Source of the DNA: Candidatus Latescibacterota bacterium
GTDB lineage: Bacteria; Latescibacterota; UBA2968; UBA8231
DNA length: 64,000 nucleotides
Direction of reading: 5' to 3'
NCBI GenBank assembly: GCA_965242865.1
Contig: CBDETK010000013.1
Span: forward strand, 5,248,001-5,312,000
Below, piece by piece: positions 39,896 to 49,950 of the stretch; the stretch's first letter is position 1, and each line of letters begins with the position of its first letter. The notes below the pieces were generated by a model. It was not told where the DNA came from and made no database searches. It was given only the letters and a program-made list of their open reading frames with translations. Made by a program: the position numbers and the translations under genes.

Positions 39896-41341
39896 TCAAT
39901 CGAGGCCGGGCAGTGCTACTTCGTCGCCGGTCTGCACCTGCCAAGCGCGAATCCGCTCGCTCAGTTGGCCAATTCGCACGCGCTGCTCGGGCCGGTGGTA
40001 TAGATTTTCCAGCTCGTGGGGGTCGGCGTTCAGGTCGTATAGCTCGCCTTGGCCCTGGCCGTACAGATTGAGCTTCCAGCCATCGGCCGCGACGAGGGTG
40101 CGGAGGGGATGCACCAAGCTGCGGTTCGGCTCGGCTTCGCCGATCGAGGCCGGCGGGTGCCCGTCGGCGCCGCTCCACTCGACAAACACATCGTTGGCCG
40201 CCAAGTCCGAGCGGCCGCGCAGCACCGGCACCCGGCTCTGCCCCTGCAAATGGCCCGGGGCCTCTATCCCCAGCAAATCGAGCAGCGTGGGCAGCAAGTC
40301 GATATGGCTGAACCGGCCACCAATGCGCCGGGGCGGCGCGCCGAGCATGGGTGCGCGCAGCAGCAGCGGCACCTTGATCGACTCCTCGTACATCAGGGTC
40401 TTGCCCAAAATGCCGTGATCGCCCATGAGTTCGCCGTGATCCGACGTAAAAATCACCACGGTATCGTCGGCCTTGCCGCTGTCGTCCAACGCCCGGAGGA
40501 TTTGGGCCACCGAGCGATCCACCAGCGTCACATTGCCCCAATAGCGGGCCATCAGCCCGCGCCAGCCCGCCTCGGTCTGCAAGTCCAACCCGTAGTTTTC
40601 CGAGGCCGAGTAAAAGGCCGCCATCACCCGCACGATCAAGGGCGCGTCGCCCGGCGGGAGCTGCCGAAAGCTCGGCCCGGTCGGCAGCGCCTGCGGGTCG
40701 TAGTAGTCGTTGAGCGGCCCGGTGTGCGGCGGATGCGGCTCCAGATAGCTGACGCACAGCGCGAACGGCGCGTCGCCGCTGCGGCGGATGTACTCTGCGG
40801 CCTGCGCCCCCAAAAACGCCGCCTTAGTGCATTCCTCCGGCATGGAGGCTTGGGCGTGGCGCGAGAACACGCGCTGGCCGAGGCTTTCCGCGTCGGGCGC
40901 GAACCCCTGCTCGACCAAGAAGTGGTGATACGGGCTGAGCACCTCCAGCCGCTCCGGCTCGGAGTAACCACGCCGGTACGAGTCTTCGCTGCCGACCCAC
41001 GTGGCAAAGCCGTGCTGGGGAAAAATCTCATCCCCCAAGTGCCACTTGCCCATAAAGGCCGTCTGGTATTCTGGCGGCAGCATCTCGGCCAAGGTCGGCA
41101 CCTCAGCGGCCAGCGGCACATTGCACGCCGGCACCCCGGCCGCGTGCGGCCACAGCCCGGTCAGCATGGTGGCCCGCGCCGGGCTGCACACCGGCTGGCT
41201 CGCGTACGCGTTTTCAAAGACAAAGCCAGCGGCGGCCAGCGAGTCGAGGGCCGGGGTCTCTATCTGGGCATTGCCGTAGCAGCCCAGCGTATCCACGCGC
41301 TGCTGATCCGTGAAGATGTAAAGGAGGTTGGGGGGTTTCAC
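39896..41341 (-). CDS. Sulfatase
   Basis: PNLLYIFTDQQR, CSPARATMLTG, GKWHLG, TSDHG, YEESIKVP, ELYDL..DP.E. Confidence 0.95.
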   Translation of the reverse strand: MKPPNLLYIFTDQQRVDTLGCYGNAQIETPALDSLAAAGFVFENAYASQPVCSPARATMLTGLWPHAAGVPACNVPLAAEVPTLAEMLPPEYQTAFMGKWHLGDEIFPQHGFATWVGSEDSYRRGYSEPERLEVLSPYHHFLVEQGFAPDAESLGQRVFSRHAQASMPEECTKAAFLGAQAAEYIRRSGDAPFALCVSYLEPHPPHTGPLNDYYDPQALPTGPSFRQLPPGDAPLIVRVMAAFYSASENYGLDLQTEAGWRGLMARYWGNVTLVDRSVAQILRALDDSGKADDTVVIFTSDHGELMGDHGILGKTLMYEESIKVPLLLRAPMLGAPPRRIGGRFSHIDLLPTLLDLLGIEAPGHLQGQSRVPVLRGRSDLAANDVFVEWSGADGHPPASIGEAEPNRSLVHPLRTLVAADGWKLNLYGQGQGELYDLNADPHELENLYHRPEQRVRIGQLSERIRAWQVQTGDEVALPGLD

Positions 41342-42390
41342 GGGCGTCCCTCGCGGTTGGCGCGCGAGCGCGGCGTCAGGTCGAAGTAAGTCTGGTGGCC
41401 CGAGAAAAAGCGCGCTAATTCATCGACCATGAGGCGGAAAAAGTGCGGGTACGCGTCGCCGGTGCGCCCGGAAAAGTGCGGGGTCAAAAACACGTTGGGC
41501 AGGCCGATAATCTCGCTGTCGGCCGGGATCGGCTCCGGGTCAAAGACATCGAAGCCGGCCGCAATGTCGCCGCGCTTGAGCCGCTCGATCAGGGCGGCGG
41601 AGTCGAAGATGGGGCCGCGCGAGACATTGACCAAAGCCGCTCCCGCCGGAATGAGCTCCAACTCGCCGCGGCCAATCATGCCCCTAGTCTGCGGGGTCAG
41701 CGGCGCGACGCAGACAATGGCATCGCAGTGCGACAGCACGTTGTCCAGCGACGTTTGCAAAAAGCCCAGCGCCTCGGCCAACTCCGGCGGCAGGTACGGA
41801 TCGCAAACCCACAACTCGACCTCAAAGGGCTGCAACAGCTTCATCAGCCGCCGCCCCAAGTGGCCGCCGCCGATCAACCCCACCCGCTTGCCGGTGAGCA
41901 TGCCGGCCATCGGCTCCATGGTGGAGCGGTCTTGGGTATTCCCCGCGAGGATGCGGCGGAAGAGCGCGCCGGCGTTGCGCATGGCAATTAGGGTCAGGGC
42001 CAAGGCCCACTCGGCCACCGGATAGGACGAGCCATTCGTCGTATCCACGGTGCGGATGCCCCGCGCCCATGCCGCGTCTAGGTCGATGCGCGTGGCAAAG
42101 CGATCGCCTTCCAACTCGCCGATAAAACCCAGTTGCGGGGCGGCTTCCAAAACGGCCGGCCCAATCCTCGGAGCGCCGTGGCAGACGACGAGCGCATCCA
42201 CCGCGTCCATTTCCTGGGCCAACTGCGCGGTGGCCGCGGCGTCTTCGCTGGCGCGGTAAATGTTGCCGCCCTCGCAGGCAAACCACGCCCAGTCGGCCAC
42301 TTGCTCTAGGCGCGTTAGCTCCTCGGGCGGCAGGTAGCCATGGCGCACCCGCTCGCTGCAGGCGATGAGTACTTGCGGACGATTTTCCAT
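41338..42390 (-). CDS. D-isomer-specific 2-hydroxyacid dehydrogenase
   Basis: VAEWAL, VGLIGGGHLG, PLTPQT, VNVSRG, DVFDPEP, LTPH. Confidence 0.92.
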   Translation of the reverse strand: MENRPQVLIACSERVRHGYLPPEELTRLEQVADWAWFACEGGNIYRASEDAAATAQLAQEMDAVDALVVCHGAPRIGPAVLEAAPQLGFIGELEGDRFATRIDLDAAWARGIRTVDTTNGSSYPVAEWALALTLIAMRNAGALFRRILAGNTQDRSTMEPMAGMLTGKRVGLIGGGHLGRRLMKLLQPFEVELWVCDPYLPPELAEALGFLQTSLDNVLSHCDAIVCVAPLTPQTRGMIGRGELELIPAGAALVNVSRGPIFDSAALIERLKRGDIAAGFDVFDPEPIPADSEIIGLPNVFLTPHFSGRTGDAYPHFFRLMVDELARFFSGHQTYFDLTPRSRANREGRP

Positions 42391-42415
42391 AGATTTCTCC
42401 TAAATTTAGACCTAG

Positions 42416-44047
42416 CTAAAAGAAGTACCAATACACCGCGCCATACACCAACAGCAATCCCGCCGCTCCCAGCCAGTACACCCGATCCTGCGACCGGCTC
42501 GGCCTCCACGCCCAGTCCCCTTGCTTTGAAAGCACCGGCCCCTCGTCGCCAAACGCAAAGCTAAAGCCAAACAGCAACGCACTCGACGCCGCAAAAACGA
42601 CAAAGGCCGCGTGGAGGAAGTGCATCTCCAAAAAGGCCCAGCCGAGGCCGGCGTCGCCGCAGACGAGCCGGTGGATGGTCGCCGAGTCATTGGCCAGCCA
42701 CAACAAGACGCCCAAGAGCGACCCGGCGATGAGGGTGGCAAAGGCCGCTTTGCGCGTGGGCCGCTGCGACAGGACGCCCCACAAGAAGCAGGCCGCGACC
42801 GCCCCGGGTATGTACGAGGCAAATTTGGCCAGATACTCGTAGAGGAAGCGGAACTGCGGAATGACCACGATCGCCCACAACACCCCGATGGCGACCGCGA
42901 CGCCCGCCAAGACGCGCCCGGCCCACACCAAGCGCTGCTGAGTCGCTGCCGGCCGATAGGGCCGATACCAATCCATGGCAAACAGGCCCGAGGCCGCGCA
43001 AATCTCCGAGTCCAACGAGCTCATCAGGGCCGCGATCAGCCCGGCCAACACCAAGCCCACCAACCCGGTCGGCAGCAGGGTTTGCACCATCGCCGGATAG
43101 AGCTGATCCGGGCTGGCCACTTCGAGCAGCGGCTGCGGCCCCTGCGCCATGACGTACCCTATCAGCCCGGGAATCAAAACGATAAAGACCGCGACCACCT
43201 TGAGCAGCCCGGCCAACAGCCCGCCCATGCGCGCCTCGTGGACGCTGCGGGCCGCCAAGGCGCGCTGCACCATGACGTGACTGGTCGCACCAAAGGCCAA
43301 GGCGTGTACCGTCAGGCCCAGCACCACGCCGGTCCAAGGCACGTTGGGGTGATCGAGCGGCTGCACCAGCGACAGCATGTCCCAATCGCCGGTCCCTTGC
43401 AACGCCTGCATCCGGGCCTCAAAAGCACCCCAGCCTCCCAGATAATCCAAGCCCACATAGAGCATGGCCGCGCCCCCGACCACCAGCAGCAAGCACTGGA
43501 CAAAGTCCGTCAAGATGACGGTGCGCAGCCCCCCGGCCATGGCGTATGGGCCGACCACCAGTGCCAAAATTAGCACCCCCGGCACAATCGACTCAAAGCC
43601 AAAGATCACCTCCATCACCCGCCCGCCGGCGTATAGGGAACCGGGGATGCCGGCAAAGGCAATGGTCACGAGGGTGATAAAAGAAAAGAAGCGGCGGCTT
43701 TCCGGGCCGTAGCGTCGCTCCAAAAACTCCGGGGTGGTGTAAAGCCCCAGCCGCATGTATATCGGCAGGAAAACCGCTCCCATCGCCACGAAGGCCAAGA
43801 CGCCGGCGAGCTGGTAATTGGCGACCGCCAAGCCGACGACAAAGGCCAAGCCCGCTTGGCCGACGAACTGCTCGGCCGAAATGTTGGTGGCAAACAGGGA
43901 CGCGCCGACAAAGGGCCAGCGCATATTGCGTCCCGCGAGAAAAAAGTCGCTCGCGCCGCGGACCCGGCGGCTGCTCGCCACCGCAATGGCGACGACCGAG
44001 ATCAGAAAGGCCGCGATGATCGCCCCATCGAGCGCGGAAATGTTCAT
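42416..44047 (-). CDS. Sodium:solute symporter (SLC5)
   Basis: [46 protein letters not shown]. Confidence 0.93.
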   Translation of the reverse strand: MNISALDGAIIAAFLISVVAIAVASSRRVRGASDFFLAGRNMRWPFVGASLFATNISAEQFVGQAGLAFVVGLAVANYQLAGVLAFVAMGAVFLPIYMRLGLYTTPEFLERRYGPESRRFFSFITLVTIAFAGIPGSLYAGGRVMEVIFGFESIVPGVLILALVVGPYAMAGGLRTVILTDFVQCLLLVVGGAAMLYVGLDYLGGWGAFEARMQALQGTGDWDMLSLVQPLDHPNVPWTGVVLGLTVHALAFGATSHVMVQRALAARSVHEARMGGLLAGLLKVVAVFIVLIPGLIGYVMAQGPQPLLEVASPDQLYPAMVQTLLPTGLVGLVLAGLIAALMSSLDSEICAASGLFAMDWYRPYRPAATQQRLVWAGRVLAGVAVAIGVLWAIVVIPQFRFLYEYLAKFASYIPGAVAACFLWGVLSQRPTRKAAFATLIAGSLLGVLLWLANDSATIHRLVCGDAGLGWAFLEMHFLHAAFVVFAASSALLFGFSFAFGDEGPVLSKQGDWAWRPSRSQDRVYWLGAAGLLLVYGAVYWYFF

Positions 44048-44115
44048 TGGAACCGCCTAAAGGAGTCAGCAAAGCGGTGTCGGCGCGCTTGGGCCGACAC
44101 CGCTCGCTTCACCCC

Positions 44116-45045
44116 TCACTCCAACTGGCCCTGCAAGTGGCTCTTGATCCGCCCCCACGAGTTGTCCTGCACGGACGTCGGGCCGTCGGTGCCCAAGCCG
44201 ATCCAGTCGGGCATCTGATCGCCCTTTTGGTCTTGCGCGGCGGCCGATCCCAAGGGCAGTAAGTTGTGCCGGAACGGCGACGCTTCATCCGAGGCCACCG
44301 GCTCGCGGTCGTTGAACTTGGGGCCTATGTGGACCACCTGATTTTCCGCGAACACATGGCGCACACTCTCCTCGGGCGTCGTCGCATAGCTGTCCCACAG
44401 GGCGCAGCGGAACTCCATGGTCCACGTGACATTGGTCGAGCCGTGCCCGGCCCCGGACGGCAGCAGGGTCCAGCCCACCTCGAACCAAGGCGTGGGCTCG
44501 CCGTTGAACACATCCGAGCTCCAGCCGATCGCCGGCAGGTCGATGTATTCGAGTTGGCTGTTGTACGCCACCGGCTGGCCCGGCCCTGGATTGATGCGGA
44601 GGTGGTAGCGTTGGCCATTGAGCACGTGGTCCAAGTTTTCGCCCAAGAAGTCGCCGCCCGAGTGATCGGCATCAAACGTGATCTGGATGATGTCGTCCGA
44701 CCACCAGCGCTTTTGATCGGATTCGAGCAGCTTGAGCGTGTCGTCGGTCACCACCGCATAGAAGTAGAGCCGATTGTCCGGCGGCGCGCTCCACGCCATC
44801 CAGAAGGCCACGTCGATATCGTCGCGCGAAATCTCCTCGCCTTGCTGGCCAAACATCTGCTCGGTGGTGATGGCAAACTCCTCTTGGTCGAGCCAGCCCC
44901 AGTCGTCGGCTTTGCCGTCCATGACCATAGCGGCGGGATCGGGCACTTGCGGATAAAAATACTCGACCCCCACGTGCCCCCAAGCGGTCGCACTGACGAG
45001 GAGCGCCAAGGCCCCTCCCAACAGGATCTGTGCATGCGTTTTCAT
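44116..45045 (-). CDS. Secreted protein with CBM9/DOMON-like domain and C-terminal 'SWGRIK' tail
   Basis: Signal peptide; MDGKADDW, LYFYAVVTDD, D.IQITFDAD, WTMEF; ends PTSVQDNSWGRIK. Confidence 0.65.
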   Translation of the reverse strand: MKTHAQILLGGALALLVSATAWGHVGVEYFYPQVPDPAAMVMDGKADDWGWLDQEEFAITTEQMFGQQGEEISRDDIDVAFWMAWSAPPDNRLYFYAVVTDDTLKLLESDQKRWWSDDIIQITFDADHSGGDFLGENLDHVLNGQRYHLRINPGPGQPVAYNSQLEYIDLPAIGWSSDVFNGEPTPWFEVGWTLLPSGAGHGSTNVTWTMEFRCALWDSYATTPEESVRHVFAENQVVHIGPKFNDREPVASDEASPFRHNLLPLGSAAAQDQKGDQMPDWIGLGTDGPTSVQDNSWGRIKSHLQGQLE

Positions 45046-45142
45046 GCGATTTTCCTCGTTTTAGAGTAAAACAACTCGACAAAAAGCACCTCGCTCGCCT
45101 TGCCAAAGCCCCTCCTTTCTCGGCGCGCAGTGGAAACGCTGG

Positions 45143-46426
45143 TTAATGAGCGCATATCCATCGCAAGCGGTCAAGTGCGTCCTGCTGATTTTCTGGCAAC
45201 CCCTTGAGTACCTTCATCAACCGCTGGACGCTATCCGCGGGATTCGCGACATCGAATGGCAGGCATATCAAGAGCGGGCCATTGAAGAAGCGGTAGTACA
45301 GTTCCGTCGTGAAGCTACGGGTTCGCGGGTAGATCAGCGCCACCGCGTCACACCGGTAGCGCGTACCGTAGGCGTAGAGCTGATACATATCGGCTTGGTC
45401 AATCCCGTGCTTTGAATCGGCACCGGGCACTTCGATGGCTTTCCATTTGGCGTCGAGAATGAACGCGACGCGCCCTCTATCCATGAGCGAGATATCGGGC
45501 TTCATCGTGAATACTTCCTCGCCGTCAATTTCCGCCAACGGCTTTTGCGGACCCTGAGCGACCACGTCGTAGTCTTTCTGGTAACGGCGAAAACTGTGCG
45601 TGACAAAGTCCTCAAACACTTGCTCCATGGGAAACAGCAGCGACAGATTCGCGTGAGGTCCAGAAAACGTGGTTAGTCCCTCGTTGAACAGAAAAAGGCC
45701 GACCCATTGCATCACCCACCCGTAGTGCTGCATGGAGCGGTCAACGTGGTGCTTCTGCCAGTCGGCATATAGGTTGGTCGCTTGCGGAACGTCGGCAAAC
45801 GCCGCGGTCAACTGGCGGAGCAGTTGTCGGTTCGCGCCGCTCCGCACCCCGGCCGCGATCTTGATCAGCGCACTGTGGATCAGGCGATTGGCAGGCCGAT
45901 TGACGCTTAACTCGTCATGCGCGACGTAGAACCGCGCTTGGTTGGTCAAGTTCTCGCGTATTTGCTCGCGAAAGAGGAGCCGTCCCCGGAGGCACAGCAG
46001 GTTCTCCTCCACCGAGACGTAGCGCCGGGCGAGACCGTTGTGGGCGAGCGCGTTCAGGTTGGCGAGAAACTGGCGCACGAAGATGTCGAGCATGGGGAAT
46101 CGCGGCGTGGCGCGAATGCTGCTTTCGGGCAATCCCTTCTCCCCAACCCCCAGCCGACGCCAGCACCGCAGCATCCGCAGGAACGTTTGCCTCGTCTTCT
46201 CGTGGTCGGGGTCTGCTGTGCCGCCGAGGTCGATCTTCGGGAGGATTTCCACTACCATGCCACGCTTCGTGGTGATGACACCAACGTAGTTGCTCGCGGC
46301 CAGGTCGCCATCCCTGCGTTTGAGCACCTTGCCCGCGAACTCCTCTAGATAGGTCACATCCTCCTTGCTCAACGAAGGGCCGACAGCCAATTTCTCGTGC
46401 TCCCGGACCGTGAGGACGCCGCGCAT
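45143..46426 (-). CDS. mcrC: McrC family restriction component
   Basis: NYVGVI, VEILPKI, LLFPMEQVFEDFV, KPDI...ILDAKWK, DMYQLYAY; TGATG coupling to mcrB. Confidence 0.92.
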   Translation of the reverse strand: MRGVLTVREHEKLAVGPSLSKEDVTYLEEFAGKVLKRRDGDLAASNYVGVITTKRGMVVEILPKIDLGGTADPDHEKTRQTFLRMLRCWRRLGVGEKGLPESSIRATPRFPMLDIFVRQFLANLNALAHNGLARRYVSVEENLLCLRGRLLFREQIRENLTNQARFYVAHDELSVNRPANRLIHSALIKIAAGVRSGANRQLLRQLTAAFADVPQATNLYADWQKHHVDRSMQHYGWVMQWVGLFLFNEGLTTFSGPHANLSLLFPMEQVFEDFVTHSFRRYQKDYDVVAQGPQKPLAEIDGEEVFTMKPDISLMDRGRVAFILDAKWKAIEVPGADSKHGIDQADMYQLYAYGTRYRCDAVALIYPRTRSFTTELYYRFFNGPLLICLPFDVANPADSVQRLMKVLKGLPENQQDALDRLRWICAH

Positions 46427-48471
46427 CAGGAGTCTTTCGCGTAGATCTTGCAGTACTGCTCGGAGTCCTTCCATGCCGAGTCGCCGTCAGGCAACCGCTC
46501 GTAAACGGCTTGATCTTCGTCCGCCAAATCCGCCAAATTCAGGCCCTTGACGTTCCTCTTTTTGACAAAGGCGTTATGGCCCAAGATCGCCTTTATCTTC
46601 GTCCAATCGTCGAAGAAGTACTCCTGCAGCAGAGGAAATATCTGGTTCTGGAACGCTTTCGATAACCCACCTATCTCATCCACCTCCAACAGGTATGTGT
46701 GTCCGATCTGGTGCTCCCGATCGAGCAGAACCGCGATGCGTTCATTCATGGTCTCGAGCATCGCCGCGCAATCAATGCCGTCAATGTCTCGGCAAATGCC
46801 CTTGTGTTCCGGGTCCGGCATCATCTCGATAAAGGCGAAGCGTCTTCGCAACGCAGTGTCGAGCAACTGAATGGAGCGGTCTGCCGTGTTCATCGTGCCA
46901 ATAATGTACAAATTGTCCGGGACGCCAAACTCATCTTGCGAATAAGGCAACGTGACGCGGGTCTCGTCCTTTTTGCCGATACGCCGGGAGTCCTCAACCA
47001 GCGTGATTAGCTCGCCGAAGATCTTCGCGATGTTGCCCCGATTTATTTCGTCAATGATCAGAACGAATCCCTCATCCCGTCGATCCTTGGCCGCTTCCAC
47101 GATGCGCTTGAAAATTCCCTCGTGGACCTCGTAGGCGAGATTGTTTTCTCCTCCCAACACGGGCCTAATGCCTTCGATGAAATCCTCGTAGGCGAAGTTC
47201 TGGTGAAAAGTCACCATTGCTATCTGGCCTTGCTCTTTCAATTCATCAAATCGTCCCTTGACCTTTTTGCGGTCTTCACGTTCAATTTCCTCCAAATTTT
47301 TGCCCTCAATAATTGCCAGCGCACGATAGACGGTGTTCCATGTCTTGCCGGTTCCCGGCGGGCCGTAGAGGATCTGGTTGAGCGGGTGTTTTGTTTCCAC
47401 AGAACCATTTTCAGGAGATGGTTCTTCTTCGATCTTTCCGCGGTTTTCCAGCCGATCGAGTAGCTCAAACGTCGAAGCATACGTTTGGCGAAATAAGTCG
47501 ATAGTGGGTTTATGGGCGCGAGAAAACCCAATCCTAGGCGCACTCGCTGATAGTGTTGCTTTTGTCTTGTTTAGCCATAACACATGTAATCGATGCTCCT
47601 CATCGAATTCGCCTTGGTAGTCGTTCTCATAGATGATTCCAATACCGCGGCCCTTCCATTGTCCGGTTCTGACGAGGATGACATCTCCAATTTTCGGTTG
47701 ATCAAGGGGATACTTCTTTTCTTCCCCGGGTCCTCCGGTGTAAACATGATTGTTCGATGTGAAATCGGCCCAATAATCGTCACCGTCGTTATACACATTT
47801 GTACTGACTTGGAAGCAAGTATCTGCATGAACAACCAACTCGCCTGACGATTGTAGATAGGCAAACAAGTTGGCCTCATAGAGATGGCACCCAGGCAATC
47901 CGGTCTTTACTCGGTCAATTAGTTGTCGATAGTGCTCCCAACTGATTTTGTTGGGAACCGAATCAAAGAAACCCAGAGAGTTCGTGTGGTCATCAATGGG
48001 GAAAAAGACTTCAGGATTGATGAGAAAGAGAACTTGTGTCAATTTCGCGGTCGCGACGTTGTCTATCCTCAGCGCACTTTCAAAATCACGGGGGTTGACC
48101 AAGCCGAATCCTGATACAGCATCCCGGAACAATCTCCAAAGCAACGATGGTTCGCCGCGAAAGAGAGCAGTGCGTGCTGGCGGCGTGGGGAATATGAACG
48201 CATTGTCGGAGTCAGGATCAAGCTCCCGACCCATGGCGAAAGTGCTGGCGATACTCGGATATATCCGCCTCCTGCTCGCCGGGGATGAGCTTCGGCTCGC
48301 AAGGGTGTAGAAAAACGACAACGGATCGATGTTCCGCAGCAACGCCGGTTCTCTGTCTCCGCTTCCCCACGGAACCGTCTTCACTCTTTCAATCAAGTAC
48401 TGTTCGCCGCCTTCGGCAATTTTCTCCGCGAGTTCCTTGAACCACGGCACCCAGTCGTATATCTCTTTCAT
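46426..48471 (-). CDS. mcrB: McrB family GTPase
   Basis: ILYGPPGTGKT, VTFHQ...YEDFIEG, IIDEINRGN, GTMNTADRS, ALRRRF. Confidence 0.93.
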   Translation of the reverse strand: MKEIYDWVPWFKELAEKIAEGGEQYLIERVKTVPWGSGDREPALLRNIDPLSFFYTLASRSSSPASRRRIYPSIASTFAMGRELDPDSDNAFIFPTPPARTALFRGEPSLLWRLFRDAVSGFGLVNPRDFESALRIDNVATAKLTQVLFLINPEVFFPIDDHTNSLGFFDSVPNKISWEHYRQLIDRVKTGLPGCHLYEANLFAYLQSSGELVVHADTCFQVSTNVYNDGDDYWADFTSNNHVYTGGPGEEKKYPLDQPKIGDVILVRTGQWKGRGIGIIYENDYQGEFDEEHRLHVLWLNKTKATLSASAPRIGFSRAHKPTIDLFRQTYASTFELLDRLENRGKIEEEPSPENGSVETKHPLNQILYGPPGTGKTWNTVYRALAIIEGKNLEEIEREDRKKVKGRFDELKEQGQIAMVTFHQNFAYEDFIEGIRPVLGGENNLAYEVHEGIFKRIVEAAKDRRDEGFVLIIDEINRGNIAKIFGELITLVEDSRRIGKKDETRVTLPYSQDEFGVPDNLYIIGTMNTADRSIQLLDTALRRRFAFIEMMPDPEHKGICRDIDGIDCAAMLETMNERIAVLLDREHQIGHTYLLEVDEIGGLSKAFQNQIFPLLQEYFFDDWTKIKAILGHNAFVKKRNVKGLNLADLADEDQAVYERLPDGDSAWKDSEQYCKIYAKDS

Positions 48472-48521
48472 TGGACTATTTCCTTTTCAATGACAAAAAT
48501 CTCTCGGTTTCGATCTCCGGC

Positions 48522-49322
48522 TCACAAAGCGACTCGATACCGTCTTGGATCGTCAACATTTGGATCAACCGCGATGCGACCAGCGACCAAAGGCTGGAAA
48601 TCCTCGCCGCTCATCGGCTCGTGCTTTTTCCAGCGGCCACGCATTTCAATCAAAACGCGCTGCCTTGACGGCGCGGGCATGGGATTGACGCGCACTACTT
48701 TCGCTGTGTAGTCATTGGGGCCTTCGGCCATCGCCCGGACCAAGTCGCTCACGAGATAGCGCGGCGTCCAGCCGATCATACAGTAGTCCGTCGTCTGGAG
48801 TTGCACGGCCAGCTTGGTCGCCGGATTGGTCAATTCGAGGGTTACGTACAGCTCTTCTTCTGGCTTGAGTTCATCGATCCGCTCTTGAGCCGCTTTACTT
48901 ACCCGTTGCCAACTGTGTAGGAAGAATCGACAGGTAAAATATCCGTCGGCGTCCTTTTCGAGTTTGGGGAATACCTCGTAGGCGTCCGTGACGCGCGTGC
49001 CGCCATTGACCGATAGAATTTCGACAGGAGTCGCGTCCTCCGAGAGATCGAGGCAGCGCAGGTAATCCAAGCGGTCCGGCCTTCCCTTTGCCATGACGCG
49101 ATTCCTGAACAACGCAAACAACTCTGAGGAACGGTAATCGCTATCTAACCAAGGAAAATCGATCAATGGAGAAAATCCAATTTCCCTTTCTGCGCGTTTC
49201 GCACCGCCGATATAGCGGAAGCGATAAAGCGACGGCTCGACATCCAACCTGCCCACCGGAAACCACGGTCGGCCTTCTGTTCTTCTATCCTGCCATGCCA
49301 AGAACAAGGTTTTCGTACTCAT
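48522..49322 (-). CDS. HipS-like/HIRAN-like partner of HipA-type kinase
   Basis: LFLAWQD..WFPVGRL..YRFRY, LF..FRNR....RPD, GG.R.TD, ELTNP....AV...IGWTPRYL; AAGGAG RBS before ATG 49322. Confidence 0.72.
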   Translation of the reverse strand: MSTKTLFLAWQDRRTEGRPWFPVGRLDVEPSLYRFRYIGGAKRAEREIGFSPLIDFPWLDSDYRSSELFALFRNRVMAKGRPDRLDYLRCLDLSEDATPVEILSVNGGTRVTDAYEVFPKLEKDADGYFTCRFFLHSWQRVSKAAQERIDELKPEEELYVTLELTNPATKLAVQLQTTDYCMIGWTPRYLVSDLVRAMAEGPNDYTAKVVRVNPMPAPSRQRVLIEMRGRWKKHEPMSGEDFQPLVAGRIAVDPNVDDPRRYRVAL

Positions 49323-49932
49323 CGAAAAATCTCCTTTAGCTGGTTTATCGAGTAGTTCTCGTCCTAGCGAGGTCGCGTGATCAAAAGATGGTGCCACAAA
49401 TCCCCTCAAGCTATAATCTTGGCGTCGGAGAAGCAGACCCCAATTCTCGTGATGACGATCCGTATTGCCAATCAGCGCATCTAACACCATGTAACTCCGC
49501 AAGAATACGTTTCGCTCGGCTCGCAGCTTCAGGATTGGCAAAAACGCGGTCCATTCCTGCAAAGATATTCGCCAGCGTATGCTGCGATTGGTGGAATTTT
49601 TTCTTGGGATCGTAATCGCCAACGGTCCACCCCAATACTTGGTTGCCGTGATATAACGCCCTGCCGCCGCGGGCAAAAGATTTTGTCGTCGAACCACGCC
49701 CTCCTTCAAACCCTGCCAATTCCACCTTCGCGTGTCTAACTCCGATCACAGACGCAACTTCCGCGGCAATTTTCTCTGACCAGTGTTCCCCGGTGTCTGG
49801 ACGAGGATACTTGAAGAGCCATCTTACTTCGCCATCAGGATCGCGATACCAAAACTTCGTCTTGGTTCCCATATCTTCCCGGTCGATGACCCATTCCGGT
49901 TTCACTTCAACGATGCGATACAGGTCTGCCAT
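49323..49932 (-). pseudogene. HipA-like kinase, frameshifted and apparently C-terminally shortened
   Basis: GTKTKFW, LFKY, GEHWSEK in one frame; DALIGNTDRHHENWG and APSFDHATSLG in another after an extra T near 49494. Confidence 0.8.
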
Positions 49933-49950
49933 AAATGGATAGCTGCTACT

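Noticed and set aside
40049-41389. Long antisense ORFs (this 446-aa one and similar, e.g. 50461-51708, 42611-43573)
   Set aside because: Shadow ORFs opposite well-supported genes in GC-rich DNA, with no motifs.
48522-49709. 395-aa ORF as one real protein
   Set aside because: Composite of off-frame sequence, the frameshifted kinase tail and the HIRAN gene that has its own RBS at 49322.
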